Positions 10,804 through 19,612 of a stretch of 64,000 bases of DNA are shown piece after piece. The DNA is taken from assembly GCA_024233975.1 (NCBI GenBank), contig JACKOX010000005.1, positions 28,716 through 92,715 of the forward strand, read 5' to 3'. This stretch comes from Rhodanobacteraceae bacterium. GTDB lineage: Bacteria; Pseudomonadota; Gammaproteobacteria; Xanthomonadales; Xanthomonadaceae. Below the pieces are notes generated by a model. It saw only the letters and a list, made by a program, of their open reading frames with translations, ran no database searches and was not told the origin of the DNA. Every line of letters begins with the position of its first letter. Within the stretch, counting starts at the first letter, position 1. Both the position numbers and the translations under genes were made by a program.

Positions 10804-12021
10804 TTAGAAGAACCAGCGCAGCGACAGCTGCGTCTGGTGATCGATCACGTCCTCTGGAAAGCCGGCCTCAGGTCGCGAGGTTCGTGAGCTGTCGACGCGC
10901 AGCCATTCCGCACTGATCCGCCAGCGTGGGGCCGGGCGCCAGACCAGCGCCGCCGTGACCGCGTTGCCGTGTTCATTTGTGGTGCCGCCGCTGCCATCGG
11001 AATGCTCGCGGGTGGCGAACTGTTCGAAGCGGAGCATCGGGCGCCAGTCGCCCCGTGATCGCGCCAGCGAGACAAAGCCCGACCAGAAATCCGTGGTGCT
11101 GGTGAAGCGACCGCCGGGCTTGAAAGTGGTGTCGCCAAGCATGGCCTGTGCGGTCAGCGTCATGCCACCGATCTCACGCTGGTGGCCCAGCGACCAGAAG
11201 CGGGTGTGCCACGAGTAGACGTGTTCGCCATCGTGCTCGCGGAAGGTGGTCGGGTCGGTGCGGTTGTCGTAGTACATCGCGCGCCAGCGGCCCTGCGAGC
11301 GCGAGTCGATATCGATGTCGGCATGCCAGCCGGCAGCGTGGTCGTTTTCGACAAAGGGATCGAAGTCGCGCGGCGGCGGTGCGTTGCGCGCGGTGATGTC
11401 GGGTTCGCGCAGGCGGCCGCCAAAGCCCTGGTAGCGGTCGCTGAGCGACCATCCGCGTGCGGCAAGGATCTCGCCGGCCGGATCGTTGCCACCAAATACG
11501 GTCAGCCCGGCGCTGATCGTTCGCCGCAGCGCGCGATGTTCGATGCGCCATTCGATGCCGGTGGAACGCAGCTCCTCGCCGACCCAGCTGTTGATCGCCG
11601 AGGGCGTGATGCCGGCCGGCATGCTCCAGCCAACGCCGTCGTTCTCCAGCGAGATCGGCGGGAAGAAGGCGCCGGCGCGCAGCGACCAGCGCCAGGGCGA
11701 GGTCGATACCGGGCGATAGCGCAGCCAGGCTTCCAGCGTCTCGATGGCCGCATGGCTGTCCGGCTGCGCCTGCAGCGAGGCGTTGGCCAGCCATTCCGGC
11801 GCCAGCTGTGCGTGGATATTGACGGCCGCGCTGGGAGCGACGCTGTCCGCGCCATCGCCCCAGCGCAGCTTGCCGAGTCCGCCCTCGATCCATGAAGGCT
11901 CGCGGGCCGTGTCGACCAGGCGCAGGTCGATGTAGCCTTGGGCGCCGATGTCGGTTGCCTGCGCCAAACCGGCGGTAAGCATGAGCACCATGGATGCTGA
12001 CAGTCGGCTGACCCTAGCCAT
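10804..12021 (-). CDS. Orphan beta-barrel outer-membrane protein (family unknown)
   Basis: Signal peptide MARVSRLSASMVLMLTAGLAQA. Alternating amphipathic pattern. C-terminus ...QLSLRWFF (terminal aromatic). ATG 12021 overlaps the upstream gene's stop by 8 nt. Confidence 0.6.
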   Translation of the reverse strand: MARVSRLSASMVLMLTAGLAQATDIGAQGYIDLRLVDTAREPSWIEGGLGKLRWGDGADSVAPSAAVNIHAQLAPEWLANASLQAQPDSHAAIETLEAWLRYRPVSTSPWRWSLRAGAFFPPISLENDGVGWSMPAGITPSAINSWVGEELRSTGIEWRIEHRALRRTISAGLTVFGGNDPAGEILAARGWSLSDRYQGFGGRLREPDITARNAPPPRDFDPFVENDHAAGWHADIDIDSRSQGRWRAMYYDNRTDPTTFREHDGEHVYSWHTRFWSLGHQREIGGMTLTAQAMLGDTTFKPGGRFTSTTDFWSGFVSLARSRGDWRPMLRFEQFATREHSDGSGGTTNEHGNAVTAALVWRPAPRWRISAEWLRVDSSRTSRPEAGFPEDVIDHQTQLSLRWFF

Positions 12022-14380
12022 CGGCCTTTTCCGCGCGACCCACGTCGTCAAGCAACGCGGCGAAGGCGTCGCCGGGCATGGGCTTTGCGATGAAGTAGCC
12101 CTGCGCCAGGTCGCAGCCCACGTCGGCGAGGAAATCCAGCGACGGTCGATCTTCGACGCCTTCGGCAGTGACGGTGAAGCCCAGCCGATGGCCCAGCTCG
12201 ACGATGGAACGCACGATGGTGCGGTCTTCCATGTTTTCTGCCAGCCGACGCACGAAGCTCTGGTCGATCTTCAGTTCGCGCGCGGGTAACCGGCGCAGGT
12301 AGGTCAGGGACGATTGGCCGACACCAAAATCGTCGATGGCGATGGTGATGCCGAGGTCGGCAAGCTGGCGCATGATGCCGATGGCGTTGTCGGGATGGCG
12401 CATGGCCGCGCTCTCGGTGACTTCCAGCGTCAGCGCGTCGCCACCGACCTGGTGCGCCGCCAGCAGGTTGGCGACGTGGCGCGGCAGATCGCGGTCCTCA
12501 AGGTCGCGCACGGACAGGTTGAGCGCCAGCTTCAACTTGCGGCCGGCCTCCTTCCAGCGACGGGCTTCGGCGATGCCGGCAGCCAGCACCCAGCGGGTCA
12601 GTCGGCGGATGTTGCCGGTTTCTTCTGCCAGCAGCACGAACTGGTCCGGCGGAATCGGTCCACGCAGCGGATGCGGCCAGCGCACCAGTCCTTCCGCACC
12701 GGCAACGCGACCAGTGCCGATCAGCAGCTTGGGCTGGTAGTGCAGCGCCAGACCGTCGCCGTCGATGGCAACGCCCAGTTCGCTCATCAGCTGCAGGCGC
12801 TCGGGGCGGTTCGGGTCGCGCGCCGGGTCGTAGGCGCGCACGGGCTCGTCTAGAGCAGAAGCCTCGAACAGGGCGACCTCGGCACGCTGGGCGAGGACAC
12901 TGGCATCGCTGCCCTGGTCGGGCGCGACGGCAATGCCCACGGCTGGATCGAGGCTCAGGCGCAGATCGCCATCGTGGATGACCTCACTGAGCTGCTCGCG
13001 CAGTCGGAACGCCTGCTGGATGGCGCCGTCGCGGCTGCAGTTGTCCAGCCAAAGCAGCAGGCGGCTGTCACCGGCGCGTGCCACCAGCACAGCGTTGGCG
13101 TCATGCTGTAGCTTCGCCGCCGACGCCTGCATCAGGCGATCACCAACCGCATGACCGAAGGTCTTCACGATGTCGGGAAGACGGGTCAGGCCGATCATCA
13201 GCAGCGCGTCCGTTGTTGATCCGCGTTGATCCGACAGCTGCTGGTCGATGCGCCGCAGCGCTGCGGGGCGATTGAGCAGGCCGCTGCCGGCGTCGTGTTC
13301 GGCCTGGTGGCGGATCCGCGACTCGCGCTCGCGGATGGCCTCGCTCATTTGCTGGAAGGCATGCGACAACCTTCCGATCTCGTCGTGCCGCGCGGCCTCG
13401 GGCACGCCGTCCGGCGCGCTGTAGTCGCCCGATTCGATGCGTGCCGTGGCAGCCGTGAGGCTTTCCAGCGGTCGTGCCACGCCGCGGGCAAGCAGCCAGG
13501 CGCCGATGGCGCCCAGCAGCAGGCCGAGCGCGACCAGCAAGGCCCAGGTGGCGGTCATTTCTCGGAAGGGTCGCAGGGCATCGTCCAGCGAGTAGCCGAA
13601 CAGCGCGGTGACCGTCAGGTCGCTGGTGGACTGCAGCAGCGGTCGTGACAGCAGCACGAACTCGTGCTCGCCAACCTGCGTGAGCGCCGGCTGCGCGGGC
13701 AGGGCGGCCGCCTGTGAACGGGCGGCGCCGAGCAGGTCCAGCGAGGCGTCTCCGCGGGCAATCCGCTGCGGCGGTCCGATGCCGGTTGATGCGACCAGCT
13801 CAATAGACTTGGGCAGGGCGGACAGTCGCTGCAGGCGCTGCAGCAGCTTGTCGTCGATCGGTATGCCGGCGGCGATCAACGCCACCGGCTGCGGTGCGTA
13901 GACCGGCACCACCACCAGCCAGTATGCGCGGCCTTCGATGGCCACCACGGCGGCGACCGGATGGTCATAGACATCGTCCAGCAGGCCGGGGAACAGGAAC
14001 CCCGGCGCGACCGCCGGCTCATCGCCCGGCGCATGCGCCGTGTCGGTGCGGATGCTGCCGTCGAGGTCGAGCAGCAGCATGCGCTCGGCGCCGACACGGC
14101 GGCCATGATTGCGCAACGCCGACCAGATGGTGTCCTCGTCGCGCTGGGCAATGGCGGCACGCAGCGGGTAGTCCAGCGACAGCACCTGCACGCTGCCGGC
14201 GATGCGCGACGAGACATCCTCCATCTGCTCGATGAAGGCGTCGGCGGCGGCTGACAGCTGGCGTTCGCCTTCCGCGATGGAAGCCTTGCGCGTGGCGCTG
14301 TAAACCATCGCCCAGGTGATGCCCTGCACCAGCACCAGGATGGCGAGCAGGAACAGGCTGAGGCGGGCGCGGAAGGTCAT
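12014..14380 (-). CDS. Membrane c-di-GMP signalling protein: periplasmic sensor, HAMP, degenerate GGDEF, EAL
   Basis: 788 aa. Two TM segments flank a ~270-aa periplasmic domain. The GGDEF position reads AGDSR. EAL domain has AEGLVRW, DDFGVGQSSLTYL, ELKIDQSFV and AEGVED. Confidence 0.85.
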   Translation of the reverse strand: MTFRARLSLFLLAILVLVQGITWAMVYSATRKASIAEGERQLSAAADAFIEQMEDVSSRIAGSVQVLSLDYPLRAAIAQRDEDTIWSALRNHGRRVGAERMLLLDLDGSIRTDTAHAPGDEPAVAPGFLFPGLLDDVYDHPVAAVVAIEGRAYWLVVVPVYAPQPVALIAAGIPIDDKLLQRLQRLSALPKSIELVASTGIGPPQRIARGDASLDLLGAARSQAAALPAQPALTQVGEHEFVLLSRPLLQSTSDLTVTALFGYSLDDALRPFREMTATWALLVALGLLLGAIGAWLLARGVARPLESLTAATARIESGDYSAPDGVPEAARHDEIGRLSHAFQQMSEAIRERESRIRHQAEHDAGSGLLNRPAALRRIDQQLSDQRGSTTDALLMIGLTRLPDIVKTFGHAVGDRLMQASAAKLQHDANAVLVARAGDSRLLLWLDNCSRDGAIQQAFRLREQLSEVIHDGDLRLSLDPAVGIAVAPDQGSDASVLAQRAEVALFEASALDEPVRAYDPARDPNRPERLQLMSELGVAIDGDGLALHYQPKLLIGTGRVAGAEGLVRWPHPLRGPIPPDQFVLLAEETGNIRRLTRWVLAAGIAEARRWKEAGRKLKLALNLSVRDLEDRDLPRHVANLLAAHQVGGDALTLEVTESAAMRHPDNAIGIMRQLADLGITIAIDDFGVGQSSLTYLRRLPARELKIDQSFVRRLAENMEDRTIVRSIVELGHRLGFTVTAEGVEDRPSLDFLADVGCDLAQGYFIAKPMPGDAFAALLDDVGRAEKADG

Positions 14381-14385
14381 GATGC

Positions 14386-15054
14386 TCAGTAGTCGAGGCG
14401 TTCGCGGTCCCCGCTGCCCCGTGGGTCGGGCCCGAGGTCGATGCGCACCTGCAGCGACTGCGAAGCGCTGCCGATGTCCAGTTCGCGAGTCTGCGCCTTG
14501 CCTGCGGGCCTGATCTGCGGATGCCAGATGCCGAGCCGATAGTGTCCCGGCGGCAGGTCATCGGCCTGCCATTGTCCCCGCGAATCGGTCTTGCCCTGGC
14601 GCAGGGCGTCGGCGACCACGAGGTAGGTGATCATCTGATCGTGGATGTTGCAGCCCACCGCGATGGTGCCTGCATCGGGCAGCGTGATCGGGTCGGAACT
14701 CTCGCCCGGTTTCAACACCATCTCAAAGGCGGCTTCGGGCGCGAAGGAATAGGCGTGATGGCGCGTGTTGTCACTGTTGCGGAACACCACGCGGTCGCCG
14801 GGACGGAACAGTTCCACGTAAGGTACGAAGCGCTCGTCGCGCTGGTCGATGGTATGGGTTGCCGGTGATGCCGCGGAGCTGCTGGCACTGGCGTCCGGAT
14901 CGGAGGCTGTCGCGCCATCTGGCAACAGGGTGAGAACAGCGTCGGCGACCGCCTGTCCGCGCTGGTCCATGACCTGCATGGATAGCGTCCCCGCGGCGGC
15001 GGGAAACACCGGCAGGCATAGCAGCGCGAGCAATGACAGCCACCTTGTGGTCAC
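14386..15054 (-). CDS. Secreted cupredoxin-like protein with amicyanin-type ligand spacing (often annotated methylamine utilization protein)
   Basis: GTG 15054 gives signal peptide VTTRWLSLLALLCLPVFPAAAG. Candidate Cu ligands are in NTRHHAYSF and VGCNIHDQM (C-x2-H-x2-M). A 5-nt gap separates it from the next gene. Confidence 0.6.
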   Translation of the reverse strand: MTTRWLSLLALLCLPVFPAAAGTLSMQVMDQRGQAVADAVLTLLPDGATASDPDASASSSAASPATHTIDQRDERFVPYVELFRPGDRVVFRNSDNTRHHAYSFAPEAAFEMVLKPGESSDPITLPDAGTIAVGCNIHDQMITYLVVADALRQGKTDSRGQWQADDLPPGHYRLGIWHPQIRPAGKAQTRELDIGSASQSLQVRIDLGPDPRGSGDRERLDY

Positions 15055-15181
15055 GATCGGAAAGCCTTTCGTGCAGCCTCGGGGCAGTGTAGCCGAGTTG
15101 GACGATGGCGTTGGCTCGCGGGCAACGCTTGGGCCTGCCTCGCCCACGCTTGGGCGAGCAGGCAAGTGTTTGTGCCGTCGA

Positions 15182-16291
15182 TCACTCGTTGCCGCGGCGG
15201 GCTTCGTACTGGCGGATTCGCGGATGGATCACCCGTCGCCAGATCGGCGGAACCAGCGCCAGCAACAGCATCGCCGCATAGCCGCCGGGCAGCTGCGGGC
15301 TGTCATCGTGGTGGCGCAGCGCCTGGTAGCGACGACGCGCATTGGCGTGGTGGTCGCTGTGCCGCTGCAGTTGGAACAGCAAGCGGTTGGTCAGCCAGTA
15401 GCCGGAGTTCCAGGAATGGTGGTGGGTGACGCGCTCGTAGCGGCCGTTGCCCAGCGGTTCGCGTTCCAGTCCGTAGTGCTCGATGTAATTGATGATTTCC
15501 AGCGTCACACCGGCCAGCAGGCCCTGCGCCAGGAAAAACAGCAGGCCGGGCAGACCGAGCCAGAGCGCGAAGCCGACAGCCATCAGCGCCCACAGGCCAT
15601 ACCAGCCAATCAGCTCGTTGCGCCAATGGATCAGCGGCAGGCCGAGGCGCCGCAGGCGTTCGGCCTCCAGCCGCCAGGCATTTCGCTGGTTGCGCCACAG
15701 CGCGCGCGGCAGGAAGTGATACAGCGACTGCCCGTAGCGCGCGGATGAGGCGTCTTCCGGCGTCGACACATGGACGTGGTGCCCGCGCAGATGTTCGACC
15801 TTGAAGCCGCAATAGCCGACGCAGGCCAGCAGCGCGCCACCAATGGCCTGCTCGAAGGCTTCGCGCTTGTGGATCAGCTCATGCGCGACGTTGATCGCCA
15901 GCACACCGCCGATCACGCCCTGTGACAGCAGCCAGCCAAGGCGCGCCCCGATGCTGTCCAGTTGCACCCACTGCGCGGTCGACCAGATCAGCAGAGCCAC
16001 ATACATCGGCAGGCACAGCCAGGTCAGCACGCGGAACGACCAGCGGGATTCCAGCTGCTCGGCGGTGTGCTCGTCGGGCGGGTTTCGCGCATCCACGCCA
16101 ATCAGATAGTCCAGCGTCGGTAGCAGCACGAACAGGAAGAACAGCGGGAACCAGGCGCCGACCCAGCCCGGCAGCCCCGACTGCGTCATCAGCACGCCCA
16201 TCGGCAACAGCAGCGGCACGACAAGCACCGGGAAATAGCTGGCAAGCCGGATGGCGACATCTGGATGGGCGGGTGTGGTGGCGGCAGTCAT
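15182..16291 (-). CDS. alkB: Alkane 1-monooxygenase-type membrane di-iron hydroxylase (AlkB family)
   Basis: All four signature boxes are present: HELIHK, EHLRGHH, NYIEHYG and LQRHSDHHA. Multiple N-terminal TM segments. Confidence 0.85.
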   Translation of the reverse strand: MTAATTPAHPDVAIRLASYFPVLVVPLLLPMGVLMTQSGLPGWVGAWFPLFFLFVLLPTLDYLIGVDARNPPDEHTAEQLESRWSFRVLTWLCLPMYVALLIWSTAQWVQLDSIGARLGWLLSQGVIGGVLAINVAHELIHKREAFEQAIGGALLACVGYCGFKVEHLRGHHVHVSTPEDASSARYGQSLYHFLPRALWRNQRNAWRLEAERLRRLGLPLIHWRNELIGWYGLWALMAVGFALWLGLPGLLFFLAQGLLAGVTLEIINYIEHYGLEREPLGNGRYERVTHHHSWNSGYWLTNRLLFQLQRHSDHHANARRRYQALRHHDDSPQLPGGYAAMLLLALVPPIWRRVIHPRIRQYEARRGNE

Positions 16292-16538
16292 GATCGCGGT
16301 GGTTCGCCTGAACGAGGTGGATTACGTTCGCAAGTCTATGTGTTTGCGGGGAAAAAGCATGCGGCGGCGCGTCAGAAGCGGGTCGGTGGAGGTGTTTTTC
16401 CTGAACATGGAGTGTGAACCGATTCTCGTTTTTCCGTGCCTGTCTGCGGGGATTCAGTTGCACTGGGTTGGGATGGTGTCGCGTTCACGGAGCCCCGTGG
16501 CGCAAACCAGACAACGACGTCCACAGAAGGAGAGAATC

Positions 16539-17060
16539 ATGAACCGCAAGATGCTGACGCTGATGACCGCGGCCGCGATGGGCGGCCTGGTGCTTTCCGG
16601 ATGCGATACGCAGGCAACCGGCCCCGAGTTTGCCGTGGTGGAGAAGGTAACCCCGATCAAGGTGAGCACTTCCACGCCCAAGCAGGTCTGCGAGGATCGG
16701 GCCGTGACAACCCGTCTGCCGGAGCGCGACGGCAACACTGGCGGTACTGTGGCCGGCGCCGTGATTGGCGGCCTGCTCGGCAACCAGGTGGGCAAGGGTG
16801 ACGGCAAGAAGGCCGCGACCCTGGCCGGCGCCATTGCCGGTGGCGTGGCCGGCCACGAGATCGACAAACGCCACGAGGGTGGCCGCGAGGTCGCCGAGAT
16901 CCAGCAGGACTGCCGCACGGTGCAGCAGACGCAGAGCCGCATCGATGGTTATACGGTCGAGTACCTGTACAAGGGCCAGCGCCATCAGGTGCGCATGGCC
17001 GAGGCGCCGAAGGACGGCCGGGTCGAGGTCCGTTCGGATGGCAGCCTGATCGACAGCTGA
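16539..17060 (+). CDS. Glycine-zipper (17-kDa antigen / YcfJ-like) lipoprotein
   Basis: ATG 16539 with GGAGAG RBS. Lipobox LVLSGC. Glycine zipper GGTVAGAVIGGLLGNQVGKGDGKKAATLAGAIAGGVAG. Confidence 0.7.
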   Translation: MNRKMLTLMTAAAMGGLVLSGCDTQATGPEFAVVEKVTPIKVSTSTPKQVCEDRAVTTRLPERDGNTGGTVAGAVIGGLLGNQVGKGDGKKAATLAGAIAGGVAGHEIDKRHEGGREVAEIQQDCRTVQQTQSRIDGYTVEYLYKGQRHQVRMAEAPKDGRVEVRSDGSLIDS

Positions 17061-17075
17061 TCCTGGCTGAAGGCG

Positions 17076-17103
17076 CGGGGCAGCCATTGGGCTGCCCCGT
17101 TGC
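17076..17103 (+). terminator. Stem-loop after the glycine-zipper gene
   Basis: cggggcagcc-attg-ggctgccccg: a perfect 10-bp stem followed by only tt. Weak T tract. Confidence 0.5.
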
Positions 17104-17189
17104 CATGCCCTGTGCGTCGCGTTGATGCGCGGCGCGGGCGTCACCGATACAATGTGCGGCTTACCTCACATTTTCTGGAAGTCTCCCCG

Positions 17190-18353
17190 ATGGCGCTCAA
17201 TCCCTACGACCTGTTCGATGTCCGTTCCCTGCTGACCGAGGACGAGCGCGCCGTGCAGGACGCCGTGGCCCGCTTCACCGATGAGCGCGTGATTCCGATC
17301 ATCGGTGACGCCTTCGATCAGGGTCGCTTCCCGAAGGAGCTGGTGCCGGAAATCGCCGAGCTGGGCTTGCTGGGCAGCTCGCTGCCGGAGCAGTACGGCT
17401 GTGCTGGCCTCAACGGCGTGAGCTACGGCCTGATCTGCCAGGAGCTGGAGCGTGGTGATTCCGGCATCCGCAGCTTCGTCAGCGTGCAGAGCTCGCTGTG
17501 CATGTACCCGATCTACGCCTACGGCAGCGAGGAACAGCGCATGCGCTGGCTTCCGGACATGGCCGCCGGCAAGGTCATCGGCTGCTTTGGCCTGACTGAG
17601 CCGCACGGCGGTTCCGACCCGGCCAACATGAAGACCAACGCCAAGCGCGACGGCGACGACTGGGTCCTCAACGGTTCCAAGATGTGGATCACCAACGGCA
17701 ACCTGGCCGATATCGCCATCGTCTGGGCGCAGACCGAGGACGGTATCCAGGGCTTCGTGGTGGAGAAGGGCATGGCCGGCTTCACCGCGCAGGAGATCAA
17801 GCACAAGATGTCGCTGCGAGCCTCGGTGACCAGCTCGCTGTTCTTCGACAACGTGCGCGTGCCTGACGCCAACCGCCTGCCGAACGTGAAGGGTCTGAAG
17901 GGCCCGCTGGGCTGCCTCACCCAGGCGCGCTACGGCATCACCTGGGGCCCGATCGGCGCTGCCATCGCCTGCCTGGACGAGGCGCTGAACTACTCCAAGG
18001 AGCGCATCCTGTTCAACCGTCCGGTGGCGGCCACGCAGAGCGCCCAGATCAAGCTGGCCGACATGTCCCGCCGCATCACGCTGGCGCAGCTGCTGGTGCT
18101 GCAGCTGGGTCGCCTGAAGGACGCCGGCAAGATGGCGCCGCAGCAGGTCAGCCTGGCCAAGTGGAACAACTGCCGCCTGGCCATCGACATCGCCCGCGAA
18201 TGCCGCGACCTGCTGGGCGGCGCCGGCATCACCACCGAGCACGCCGCCATCCGTCATGCGTTGAATCTCGAGTCGGTCATCACCTACGAGGGTACGGAAA
18301 CCGTGCACCAGCTGGTGATCGGCCGTGAACTCACGGGCATCAACGCGTTCTGA
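17190..18353 (+). CDS. gcdH: Glutaryl-CoA dehydrogenase (acyl-CoA dehydrogenase family)
   Basis: 387 aa starting MALNPYDLFDVRSLLTEDE. ACAD motifs GCFGLTEPHGGSDP and WITNG. C-terminal YEGTETVHQLVIGRELTG. Confidence 0.8.
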   Translation: MALNPYDLFDVRSLLTEDERAVQDAVARFTDERVIPIIGDAFDQGRFPKELVPEIAELGLLGSSLPEQYGCAGLNGVSYGLICQELERGDSGIRSFVSVQSSLCMYPIYAYGSEEQRMRWLPDMAAGKVIGCFGLTEPHGGSDPANMKTNAKRDGDDWVLNGSKMWITNGNLADIAIVWAQTEDGIQGFVVEKGMAGFTAQEIKHKMSLRASVTSSLFFDNVRVPDANRLPNVKGLKGPLGCLTQARYGITWGPIGAAIACLDEALNYSKERILFNRPVAATQSAQIKLADMSRRITLAQLLVLQLGRLKDAGKMAPQQVSLAKWNNCRLAIDIARECRDLLGGAGITTEHAAIRHALNLESVITYEGTETVHQLVIGRELTGINAF

Positions 18354-18417
18354 TTCGATTCCGGCAGCGTCGCGCGATGCCGCCGGCTGTAATTCCCGCG
18401 TTGAGGTCGCCACGCCA

Positions 18418-19566
18418 ATGGGCCGGGCAGGCTCCCCATCATCGTTGCCGTCGTCGATTCGCGGAGCCTTGCGCTTCGCGTTGGGGCTTTGCCTTGGCCT
18501 GTGGTCGATGATGTCGCACGCCGTGCCCATCTTCGCCGACGGTTTCGAGTCTGCGCGGGCGCAGTCGCGTGGCGGCAGCAATCTGGTCTGGTACCAGGTC
18601 GACAGCGCCTGTGTCGCCGAGCCGCAGGCGGTTCTCACCGACTACCACCTTCCGGATGTCCGCTCGCAGGTCGTCGATACGCTGGCGGCCATGCGTGCCG
18701 CGGGACAGCGCCGGGTGTCGGTGATCATCTTCCATGCCCACGGTGACAACAGCAATCCCGATGGCACGGTGAACGAGCTCGTGCTGGATTCGACTGGCGG
18801 CACGCTGGCGAAAACCTACCTGTACAACCTGCGCGACCTGCTGGCCGACATCCGCAGCGGCGGATTCGAAGAAGTGCTGCTGCGTTTCGCGCCGCAGTGG
18901 ATCAACAACCCGCAGGACTGGAAGGACAATGGTGGCTTCAATGAAGCCCTGTTTGCCGAGAACTGGAGCGTGATCCAGCAGGTTCGCCCCTACGTCGTTG
19001 CCGCCGGCATTCCCTATCGGATCGACCTGATGGTGGAAGGCCTGCCACGTGCGCGCATCTTCGCCGGCCAGATCATCGCGAATGATCCGGACAACGACGA
19101 ATGGACGGAGTACGCGCAGCGCCTGTGGGAGAACTACGTCGACGCCTACGGAAAGGCCGACAGTATCGGCTTCTCCAGTGTCGCCGGCCCGGACCTGCAG
19201 AAGACCGATGCGCGCGTGGAGCACCTCAACACGGTGTACCGCGTGCATGGCGTCGTCGATCGGCCGAACGTGATAGGCGTTGATTTCTATCCGGCCAACG
19301 GCATAGACGAAGGCCAGTTCTTCAGCAAGTGGTCCGAGGAACTGGACAAGGAAGGGCTGACCGACCTGCCGATCATCATTCCCGAGGCCTATTACGACGA
19401 TGCCTCCAGCGCGGCGCTGCTGCAGTCGGCGATGACCGAAACCGGCCGACCGGTTCCCTACCTGCTGCAGTGGCCGCTGCAGCGCGATGCCGGCTGCTAT
19501 CCCGGCGACCCGGTGACGGTTCCCGTGCCGACCGCATTCCAGCACTATCTCGACCACGGCTTCTGA
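18418..19566 (+). CDS. Secreted hypothetical protein, possibly a TIM-barrel hydrolase
   Basis: Signal peptide ending SHA, then VPIFADGFES. Alternating strand/helix pattern with conserved acidic residues (LMVEG, IIPEAYY). No family recognised with certainty. Confidence 0.45.
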   Translation: MGRAGSPSSLPSSIRGALRFALGLCLGLWSMMSHAVPIFADGFESARAQSRGGSNLVWYQVDSACVAEPQAVLTDYHLPDVRSQVVDTLAAMRAAGQRRVSVIIFHAHGDNSNPDGTVNELVLDSTGGTLAKTYLYNLRDLLADIRSGGFEEVLLRFAPQWINNPQDWKDNGGFNEALFAENWSVIQQVRPYVVAAGIPYRIDLMVEGLPRARIFAGQIIANDPDNDEWTEYAQRLWENYVDAYGKADSIGFSSVAGPDLQKTDARVEHLNTVYRVHGVVDRPNVIGVDFYPANGIDEGQFFSKWSEELDKEGLTDLPIIIPEAYYDDASSAALLQSAMTETGRPVPYLLQWPLQRDAGCYPGDPVTVPVPTAFQHYLDHGF

Positions 19567-19612
19567 CCGGCCGCGGCTACCTTCATTTGAATCCGAACGA
19601 CGACAACCGACC

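Noticed and set aside
16251-16538. Long N-terminal extension of the glycine-zipper lipoprotein ORF (start at 16251).
   Set aside because: The extension overlaps the alkB start region and lacks coding character. ATG 16539 has a strong RBS and yields a proper lipoprotein signal peptide.
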